Assembly (NCBI GenBank): GCA_965277805.1
Contig: OZ255842.1
Span: 1,632,001 to 1,696,000 of the forward strand
Reading direction: 5' to 3'
DNA length: 64,000 bases
DNA from: Candidatus Lustribacter sp.
GTDB taxonomy: Bacteria; Vulcanimicrobiota; Vulcanimicrobiia; Vulcanimicrobiales; Vulcanimicrobiaceae
The notes under the pieces are model-generated. The model was not told the DNA's origin, searched no databases, and was given only the letters and a program-made list of their open reading frames with translations. This document shows, piece after piece, positions 57,259 to 64,000 of the stretch (position 1 is its first letter; every line of letters starts with the position of its first letter). The translations under genes and the position numbers were made by a program.

Positions 57259-58596
57259 ATGCTCGCTTCGCCGCCGCTCCCGTACGTCGATCTCGATGCG
57301 CTGATCGTTGATGATCCCGGGCGTGGTGCGTTCCACGTCCGCAAGGATGTCTTCACGGATCAGGCGGTTTTCGATCTCGAAATGATGCGGATCTTTGAGG
57401 GCACCTGGATCTTCATCGGGCTCGCGAGCCAGGCACCGGCACCAAATGACTTCTTCACCTTCACCATCGGCCGCCAACCGGTGCTCGTCAGCCGCGGCAC
57501 CGACGGTGTATTGCGGTGCTTCTTCAACAGCTGCCGTCACCGCGGGGCGCTGATCTGCTCGCTCGCGCAGGGCAGCGCGCCTTCGCACGTCTGCCGCTAC
57601 CACGGCTGGTCGTATGACGGCGCCGGCAAAAACATCGGCATCACGGCGCAACGCGACGGCTGCTACCCGGAATCGTTCGCTACCGCGAACCACGATTTGA
57701 TTCCGGTTCCGAAATTCGAAGAATACCGCGGCTTCCTGTTCGCTAGCCTCAATCCCGACGTTCCCTCGCTCGAAGAACACTTGGGAGGCGCACGGACATT
57801 CCTCGACACGATCGCCGATCAAAGCCCCGACGGCATCGAGTTCGTCCCCGGCGCCGTGCGCTACAGCGTCGACGCAAACTGGAAAGTCAGCGTTGAAAAC
57901 GCGCTCGATTCGTACCACTTCTCATCGACGCACCGGTCGTATTCGCAGATCATCGAAGAGCGCAAGAATCACGGACGCGAGGCGGCTACGAAGCTGTTGG
58001 AGGACGAGCCGCTTCATCGCGGGACGTTCCTTTTCGATCGCGGGCACGCGGTGCTTTGGCGCAACCGCAACAGCGGCACAGGAACGCGGCCGTTGCTGCT
58101 CGAGCCGGGGCGCCTCGAAGCCACTCGCGCTCGGATCGGGGAGCTGCGCACGAAGTGGATTATGATCAGCCGGAGCATCACCGTCTATCCGAATCTGCAA
58201 ATCGTCGATATCAGTTCGATCCAGTTCCGCATCGTCCAGCCGCTGGCACCCGGATTGACTGAGATCACCTCGTACTGTGCGATCCCGATCGGGGAGAGCG
58301 CCGCCGCGCGCCGGACGCGAATTCGGGAATATCAGGACTTCTTCAATCCCAGCGGGCTCGCGACGGCCGACGACAACCAGATGTTCGAACGCTCGCAGGC
58401 CGGCTACAGTGCGAATCCGACCGAGAAGAATTTTGGCTACTTACGAGGCATGGCTACCGACCATTCCGTCGCCAGCGCGCATGCCGCAGAAGTGGGCGTC
58501 TCGCCGGACCGCGCCGTAGAGGGTCCACTCGGTTTGGGCGACGAGACGGCGATTCAGAACACCTATCGCGAGTGGTACCGCTTGCTGCGCGGCTAG
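57259..58596 (+). CDS. Rieske aromatic ring-hydroxylating dioxygenase alpha subunit (benzoate/anthranilate-like)
   Basis: CRHRG...CRYHGW, ANWK..ENALDSYH..TH, GLATADD. Confidence 0.92.
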   Translation: MLASPPLPYVDLDALIVDDPGRGAFHVRKDVFTDQAVFDLEMMRIFEGTWIFIGLASQAPAPNDFFTFTIGRQPVLVSRGTDGVLRCFFNSCRHRGALICSLAQGSAPSHVCRYHGWSYDGAGKNIGITAQRDGCYPESFATANHDLIPVPKFEEYRGFLFASLNPDVPSLEEHLGGARTFLDTIADQSPDGIEFVPGAVRYSVDANWKVSVENALDSYHFSSTHRSYSQIIEERKNHGREAATKLLEDEPLHRGTFLFDRGHAVLWRNRNSGTGTRPLLLEPGRLEATRARIGELRTKWIMISRSITVYPNLQIVDISSIQFRIVQPLAPGLTEITSYCAIPIGESAAARRTRIREYQDFFNPSGLATADDNQMFERSQAGYSANPTEKNFGYLRGMATDHSVASAHAAEVGVSPDRAVEGPLGLGDETAIQNTYREWYRLLRG

Positions 58597-58597
58597 A

Positions 58598-59086
58598 TCA
58601 TAAGCAGAAGTATTCGAGCAATCCCGGAATCCGGTCGTTGATCAGAACGATCTTCTTGCTTGCGATACACCAGCGGTTGCCGGTTCGTCGCAACTCATGT
58701 TCGTAGCGGCCACAGGCCACCGAAAGTTTTCCGGATGACGGATGATAGACGTGCGTGATGAACGGCGAAGTCGCGAAAACGCCGGTCTCACTTTCGGCGC
58801 CGAAGACCGGCTGCCCAACCACGTGTGAGGTTCGCGGCATCGGCATGGTGATGACCGACTGATCCGTCCGCAAACGCGCGACCCGTTCTTCGAGCCCAGC
58901 ACGGGAGTCGTGGTAGAGAAAAGAGATCTCCCGGTCCGGGTCGGCGGTCAATTCGCGCTCGCTACGCCAGGCCGGAACCCAGAACACGCAGTCCTCTGCG
59001 AAATGTGCGAGCCAATCGTCCCAGCGACGTTCGTCGATTGCTAATGCTTCGCTGAATATGATATCGGCGGCTGCGGTACTCGGCAT
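58598..59086 (-). CDS. Ring-hydroxylating dioxygenase beta subunit
   Basis: EALAIDERRWDDWL..FWVPAW, LEERV.RL, PRTSH, KKIVLIND. Confidence 0.9.
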   Translation of the reverse strand: MPSTAAADIIFSEALAIDERRWDDWLAHFAEDCVFWVPAWRSERELTADPDREISFLYHDSRAGLEERVARLRTDQSVITMPMPRTSHVVGQPVFGAESETGVFATSPFITHVYHPSSGKLSVACGRYEHELRRTGNRWCIASKKIVLINDRIPGLLEYFCL

Positions 59087-60061
59087 CTAGCGCGGCGAGC
59101 GAAGCGCGGTCGGACTGATCAGATCGTTGGCTGAAAAGCCGGTTGGGATCAAGCCGTAGCGAACCGCCACGTCGATGAGCGGCTGCACGTCCCGTGGCGT
59201 GACGTACTCACCCGCGGTCGCACGGTTGCTGTTCGCGATGACGGAAGCCGGAATGCCCGAATAGGAAGCGACGAGGTCGACGGTCTCCGGCAGATGCGCG
59301 TTCGTATAGACGATCGACTCGTGCATCGCTCGTCCGAAGCGGGACATCGTGTCGCGATTCGCGTCGATGTATTCCTTGGTTGCGACGAAGACCGAGGCGT
59401 AGAAGTGCTTCGCGAGCGCGTCGTAGGATTTGGACAAAATACGGGCACTTCCGGACGCTACCGCTTGGTCGAGAAATGGTGGAGTGGTCGTCACGCCCTC
59501 GATGCGGCCTTCGGTCAATGCCGGGAGCAAGGCGGCCACCGGGAGTTCGATGACTTTCACCGTTTTTGAGTCACCGCCGTTCTGGTCGATCCAGGCCAAG
59601 GTCGCTAGGGCATTGAGGTCTTTGAGCGCGAGCGACGCGATGGTCTTGCCGTTGAAATCGGCCCCCGTTTTAATCGGAGAATCCTTGCGCACGAGCAGGC
59701 CCGCTGTCGGCGCGTCGGTCGTATACGCTTGCGCCGGCGCAACGATCTGGAAGTTGATGCCACGCGCGTGGGCCTCGATCACACCGAAGAGGCTGGTGAA
59801 CGCCACTTGGATCGACCCGCCGACGAGTGCGGACAGCGCTGCCGTGCCGCTGTTGATAATCGTCGGCGTTACGTCCAAGCCGTACTTGCGAAAAATGCCC
59901 GCTTGCCGCGCGTAATACACGGTCTTGTATGAATCGATCGGACTGCCGCCGACGGTTACCTGCGTGAGCGTTTGCCCCCGCGCCGAGAGCGGGACGGCTG
60001 CGCCTGCGGCGCTGAGTACGGCCGCCGCACCACGGCAAAATCCCAAACGTTTCACGTACAC
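59087..60061 (-). CDS. NitT/TauT-type ABC substrate-binding protein
   Basis: Signal peptide; YARQAGIFRKYGL, DFNGKTIA, WIDQNGGD. Confidence 0.85.
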   Translation of the reverse strand: MYVKRLGFCRGAAAVLSAAGAAVPLSARGQTLTQVTVGGSPIDSYKTVYYARQAGIFRKYGLDVTPTIINSGTAALSALVGGSIQVAFTSLFGVIEAHARGINFQIVAPAQAYTTDAPTAGLLVRKDSPIKTGADFNGKTIASLALKDLNALATLAWIDQNGGDSKTVKVIELPVAALLPALTEGRIEGVTTTPPFLDQAVASGSARILSKSYDALAKHFYASVFVATKEYIDANRDTMSRFGRAMHESIVYTNAHLPETVDLVASYSGIPASVIANSNRATAGEYVTPRDVQPLIDVAVRYGLIPTGFSANDLISPTALRSPR

Positions 60062-60099
60062 AGCAGCTTATTAGCGCGCAAAATCCAAGCGTTCCTTCG

Positions 60100-60471
60100 C
60101 TAACGCAGGTTGAGGATCGGGATATCCTTGACTGCTTTGTCGGGCTTGATCGATTGCAAATAGGCGATGATATCCGCCGCTTGTGCGTTGCTCAGCACGA
60201 CCGTCGTGTATGGCGGCATGTTCTGCGCCGGATGACGCAACTGCCGCATGATCAAATTGGCCGGGATCGGATGCGGCGCCAACTTCGGACCGGCCCGTCC
60301 GCCGCCTTGACCGAACGTGCCGTGACACAGGTAGCAGTTCTCCGCCATGAACGTAGCCTTGCCTCTGACCGGATCGCCGGCCGCGACGGTGCTTTGTGCG
60401 CCGGCGTCTGAGACGAACGAGAACGTCAGGAATGCGGTCAGCCAAAGACGCGCGATCGTTGAGTGCATCAT
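60100..60471 (-). CDS. Monoheme cytochrome c (exported)
   Basis: Signal peptide, CYLCH, distal MPPY; GGGAG ribosome-binding site. Confidence 0.9.
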   Translation of the reverse strand: MMHSTIARLWLTAFLTFSFVSDAGAQSTVAAGDPVRGKATFMAENCYLCHGTFGQGGGRAGPKLAPHPIPANLIMRQLRHPAQNMPPYTTVVLSNAQAADIIAYLQSIKPDKAVKDIPILNLR

Positions 60472-60479
60472 CTTCTCCC

Positions 60480-62438
60480 TCACCGGCCCTGCGCGACCAC
60501 GTCGACAAGGGCGGGTTCGCCGCGCTTCACCTGGGCGACCGCACGCGCTAAGGCGGGGCCGAGGTCGTTCGGATTCGTAATCGGCCCCTCGCTGTAGACG
60601 CCCATCGCATTTGCGAGCTTCGCGAAATTGATGTTCGGGTCGGTGAGCGTGGTCCCGATCAGCGTACGGCCCACGCCGCGCTGGCGCCGGTTCGCCACCT
60701 GCTGCAGCGCCATGATCTCCTGGTGATACGCGCGATTGTTGTGCATCACGTAAAGCAATGGGATTTTGTGGTGCGCCGCGGTCCACAGAACGCCGTTGGC
60801 GACCATGAGATCGCCGTCGGGCTGGATGCACACGCTCAAACGGCCGTACTTGCGATTGGCGAGGGCCGCACCGAGACTCGCGGGCGCGCAGTACCCAACG
60901 CCGAACGCACCGGCATCGCCGATGTACTGGTAGTGTTTGTCGGCGTTCCAGAGTTGCTGCGGCCAGCGATACTGAAAATCGACGCCCGACACGAGCGACC
61001 AATCGTCGTTGCGCACCGCGGCGTAGACTTCAGCACACAGCCGCGCGACGGTGATCGGGGAATCATCCCAGCCCACCGCGGCCGCCTGCCGCGAGGCGGC
61101 GAGCGCGGCAAGATGCGCATCCGCGAACGCTTTCGCACGCGCATCGAAAACGCGCCGCCGATCCGGCGTGATGAGGCTGCGACAAGCTTCGATCAGCGCC
61201 GGCAACGTGGCCTCGGCATCGCCGGCGATCGGCAGATCGACGTCGAGGTAGCGCTCGAAATCCTGGAAATTCGACTTCATGTAGAGCTGGTTGCTGCTGA
61301 TCGAGATCGTCTTTGCACCGGGCTGCAGCCGCGAGCGCGTTTCTTCCTCGCGCGGGCTGACGAAGCGCTGCGTCGTGCCCCAAAAGTCCGTCATCTCGAG
61401 ACCGACGACGAGATCGGCCGCGCCGACGATCGAGGTCTGCGAGGTGCTCTGGTTGAGCGGGTGACGCCACGGGACGTTCATCCGGCCGATGGCGTCGAGA
61501 ATCGGCGCGCCGAGCAGCTCGGCCAGCGCGACGAGGTTCGTCACTCCCGCCGGCGTGCGCGCACATCGATCGGCGATGAGCACGGGATGCTCCGCCGCCA
61601 CGAGCATTTTCGCCGCCGCGGCAACCGCGTTCGCATCGCCTTGCGGGGGCGCGTTCAGCACGAGCTTCGGAATGCGCGGGCGTTTGGAAGGCGGAAGCGG
61701 ATCTTCCTGAAGATCGCTGTCGAGCGTGAGCAGCACCGGCTCGTACGGCGGCGTCATCGCGAATTGATACGCGCGCACGGCCGACTCTGCGAAATGCTGC
61801 GGGCTCGCGGGGGCATCATCCCATTTGGTAAAGTCGCGCACCATCGCGGCAGCGTCTTGCGCCGTATGCTCCCACGGCACGGCCGAACGGCGCTTCGCCA
61901 CGTCGATCTGATTGGCGGTAATCATGAAAATCGCGGCGCGGTCGGCCCACGCGTTGTAGATCGCCATCGAACCATGTTGCAGCCCGACGGCGGTGTGCAT
62001 CATGCACGCCATCGGTTTGCCTTCGATCTTGAAGTAACCGTGCGACATCGCAACCGAGGCTTCTTCGTGCGTGCAGGTGATGAGCTCCATCGAGGGCGCG
62101 TTCACCATCGCGTAGTTGACGATCGACTCGTGCAGCCCGCGGAAGCTCGAGCCGGGCATCGCCGCCACGTACTCGATCCCGAGGTTCTTCATGACATCGA
62201 CCATGAAGTCGCTCACGCACGTCGACTGCGTCAAATCGTCATCCGTTGCCGGCGCGCTGCCGCGCTCACCGGTCGAGGGCGGAACAGCCGGCACGCTCGG
62301 CGGCCGCGCCGGCGGCGTCGCCGGAGGCGTCTGCGCTACGGCGGCCACAGGTGCCGCCACTGCTGCCGAACCGGCCAGCGCTACGCCTTTAAGGAAGCCG
62401 CCACGCCCGACCGATCCGTCGCCCGAACTCTTTGCCAC
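60480..62438 (-). CDS. Thiamine-diphosphate-dependent enzyme (acetolactate synthase/decarboxylase-like) with Tat-like leader
   Basis: PGSSFRGLHES, HEEASVAMSHGY, PDGDLM...HNN (ThDP motif); N-terminal GRGGFLKG plus Ala-rich helix; GGAG before GTG 62438. Confidence 0.88.
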   Translation of the reverse strand: MAKSSGDGSVGRGGFLKGVALAGSAAVAAPVAAVAQTPPATPPARPPSVPAVPPSTGERGSAPATDDDLTQSTCVSDFMVDVMKNLGIEYVAAMPGSSFRGLHESIVNYAMVNAPSMELITCTHEEASVAMSHGYFKIEGKPMACMMHTAVGLQHGSMAIYNAWADRAAIFMITANQIDVAKRRSAVPWEHTAQDAAAMVRDFTKWDDAPASPQHFAESAVRAYQFAMTPPYEPVLLTLDSDLQEDPLPPSKRPRIPKLVLNAPPQGDANAVAAAAKMLVAAEHPVLIADRCARTPAGVTNLVALAELLGAPILDAIGRMNVPWRHPLNQSTSQTSIVGAADLVVGLEMTDFWGTTQRFVSPREEETRSRLQPGAKTISISSNQLYMKSNFQDFERYLDVDLPIAGDAEATLPALIEACRSLITPDRRRVFDARAKAFADAHLAALAASRQAAAVGWDDSPITVARLCAEVYAAVRNDDWSLVSGVDFQYRWPQQLWNADKHYQYIGDAGAFGVGYCAPASLGAALANRKYGRLSVCIQPDGDLMVANGVLWTAAHHKIPLLYVMHNNRAYHQEIMALQQVANRRQRGVGRTLIGTTLTDPNINFAKLANAMGVYSEGPITNPNDLGPALARAVAQVKRGEPALVDVVAQGR

Positions 62439-62535
62439 GCCGATTTCTCCCGTGCTAAAGCGGATTTGGTGAAAACCAGTTCCGCCCAACGAGGCAACCC
62501 CCTGGCCTCTCCAAGTTCGCCTCAGCGGCATTCGA

Positions 62536-62564
62536 TTGACAAGGGGACGCCCGCGACCTACGAT
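62536..62564 (+). promoter_or_regulatory. Sigma-70 promoter for tRNA-Ile
   Basis: TTGACA-N17-TACGAT ending 40 nt upstream of the tRNA. Confidence 0.8.
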
Positions 62565-62604
62565 AACGTGCGTTCCTCGACGGGCTCGGCCCGGCAAAGC
62601 GCGT

Positions 62605-62681
62605 GGGCCATTAGCTCAGTTGGTTAGAGCGCATGCTTGATAAGCATGAGGTCCCTGGTTCGAACCCAGGATGGCCCACCA
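62605..62681 (+). tRNA. tRNA-Ile(GAT), CCA encoded
   Basis: GGGCCATTAGCTCAGTTGGTTAGAGCGCATGCTT-GAT-AAGCATGAGGTCCCTGGTTCGAACCCAGGATGGCCCACCA. Confidence 0.97.
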
Positions 62682-62685
62682 AGTC

Positions 62686-62711
62686 AAAAACCTTACCAAA
62701 AGGTTTTTTTT
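62686..62711 (+). terminator. Weak AU-rich terminator after tRNA-Ile
   Basis: AAAAACCTT-ACCAA-AAGGTTTTTTTT hairpin with U-tract. Confidence 0.6.
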
Positions 62712-62910
62712 GTCCGGCGCGGGACCCGCGCTCTTCGCTGCCGCATGACGGCGCAGCCGCCGGGTGTCGAAGCGGCCGCGCCGGTCGGCATCCCTAGCCA
62801 CCGACCAAAGGAGCGTGCCCGCATCGCGGGCTCATCCCACTCCCCCAAATGCGGGGGAAATGCCGACTTTCCAGATTTCGTAGACGAACGTTTACGGGAA
62901 TGTTAAAGCG

Positions 62911-63086
62911 ATGACGACGAAAAGGCTCCCGAAACCGCAGCTCAGCGTGTGATCGCGTACTACCGGGTCAGCACGAAAAAGCAGGGCGTCTGGGGTTTGG
63001 GTCTCGGAGCGCAAGAAGCTGCTGTCGCGGCCTACGTCATCAGGCGCGAACCTGTACCACGTCGGACAGGGCTCGACAGTCGCTAG
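62911..63086 (+). pseudogene. Truncated serine recombinase (resolvase) remnant
   Basis: Frame from 62949 reads VIAYYRVSTKKQGVWGLGLGAQEAAV, the resolvase catalytic YxRVS motif; it stops after about 45 codons, and the ATG at 62911 is out of frame. Confidence 0.75.
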
Positions 63087-63090
63087 GAGT

Positions 63091-63366
63091 TTACCGCCGC
63101 ATTGGCTTAGCGCCTTGAACTTTCTTTGGTGAGCTCTTCGCGCTTTTTATGTCCGTCTCGTTCAAGAGCAAGAAACCGATCTTGACGGTGACTTGAAACT
63201 CCGTAACCTCACCGTCTTGGATTTGGCCGCGGATGTCCGAGACCTCAAACCATCCGAGGCCCTTGAGGCTTTCGCTGGCCCGGGCGATAGCGTTCTTGAT
63301 TGCCTGAGCGACTGATTCTTCGGAAGTCCCAACGACATCGACCAGCTTATACGTCTTGTTGGTCAT
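63091..63366 (-). CDS. Dodecin (flavin-binding protein) with a basic C-terminal extension
   Basis: TYKLVDVVGTS..AIKNAIARA..L.WFEV..IRG....FQVTVKIGF; AGGAG ribosome-binding site. Confidence 0.92.
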   Translation of the reverse strand: MTNKTYKLVDVVGTSEESVAQAIKNAIARASESLKGLGWFEVSDIRGQIQDGEVTEFQVTVKIGFLLLNETDIKSAKSSPKKVQGAKPMRR

Positions 63367-63812
63367 TACTAGTTCTCCTGAAGCAGTAATCAGAGGAGTA
63401 GGTAATCGACGGCCGCTCCTCCGCCGCCTGTCCACTAATTTGCTACAACCGGCGCTCTTCAAAGGGGGCCGCGTACGGAACCCAAGTAGGGCAGACCTCA
63501 TGTTTAGCACTGTGACTAGCGGCTGTCCGTGCGCGGGCGACCGAAGCGAACGAATGCTAGTGAACAAATGCTTCGGTCGGCATCTGATCGTCGAGCGAGC
63601 CCCGCGATAGACTGGCGCATGAGCCGGCCCGGGCACTGGGTGCTAGCCAAAACCTCACTCATCGCGCACCTCGATCTGGGCGAACGCTCCGCCGAAAGTC
63701 TCCGAGTCGTTTCGAGCAAGACACAACGCCCCAGCCGTGCCCGATGCACTGGAAACACAGCCCGCGACGACTTGAGCTGGGCTTTTGGGCGCCTACCTCC
63801 AAGTAGGCGGCA

Positions 63813-64000
63813 ATGGCCGCTGATATCGAACTACATACCGCGCTCACCCGCAATGCGCGCACTCTGCCGCTCATCGAGCGCCGGGTCGAGCCACAGGGGT
63901 TCGACTGGAACATCACGGTGCTCACGCCACCCGAAATGTTCCTGCGGCAACTGAAGCACGCGGAGTTCGATGTCTCCGAGATGTCGCTCTCGTCGCTTAT
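63813..64000 (+). CDS. 4,5-dihydroxyphthalate-decarboxylase-like (binding-protein-fold) protein, 5' part only
   Basis: Hand translation: MAADIELHTALTRNARTLPLIERRVEPQGFDW...PEMFLRQLKHAEFDVSEMSLSS; runs off the right edge. Confidence 0.75.
   Translation, partial: MAADIELHTALTRNARTLPLIERRVEPQGFDWNITVLTPPEMFLRQLKHAEFDVSEMSLSSL

Noticed and set aside
57183-58600. Phase-variable inversion of the dioxygenase alpha gene
   Set aside because: No flanking inverted repeats, only 1 nt between the alpha and beta stops, and no intact recombinase nearby.
60100-61002. 300-aa ORF suggesting a long cytochrome c
   Set aside because: The upstream part is an alternate frame of the ThDP gene; the true start with ribosome-binding site and signal peptide is 60471/60468.

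Overview
A GC-rich, densely coding bacterial chromosomal window. The gene content and style suggest a Terrabacteria soil lineage, possibly Vulcanimicrobiota/Eremiobacterota; this is an inference, not a search result. Left to right it holds: (1) a complete reductive pyrimidine catabolic cluster (NCS1 permease, nitrilase-type beta-ureidopropionase, dihydropyrimidinase, PreA/PreT, class-III aminotransferase, MmsA) with an xth gene inside it; (2) a LigJ-like amidohydrolase, an epimerase and tRNA-Ser(GGA); (3) a DmpA-peptidase/YbjQ operon, pckA, a receiver-adenylate cyclase, glutamine synthetase and msrB; (4) a putative aromatic/heterocycle catabolic cluster (amidase, FAD monooxygenase, UbiD, M29-fold protein, Rieske ferredoxin, three binding-protein-fold genes); (5) secreted protease and hypothetical genes, a DegT aminotransferase, an M48-RDD fusion and a PrpD pair; (6) the core operon yceD-rpmF-fabH-fabD-fabG-acpP-ffh-rpsP-khpA-rimM; (7) a small unexplained operon of a lytic transglycosylase, two paralogous helical proteins and a small membrane protein; (8) an LLM monooxygenase, a split Rieske dioxygenase and a ThDP enzyme-cytochrome c pair; (9) tRNA-Ile(GAT), followed by a decayed serine recombinase and dodecin. 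No CRISPR array, rRNA or intact mobile element was seen. The best leads are the transglycosylase/filament-like operon, the Tat-like ThDP enzyme with cytochrome c, a recurring SigH-like leaderless promoter pattern, the KhpA with a histone-like tail, and seven binding-protein-fold genes with no permease in the window.
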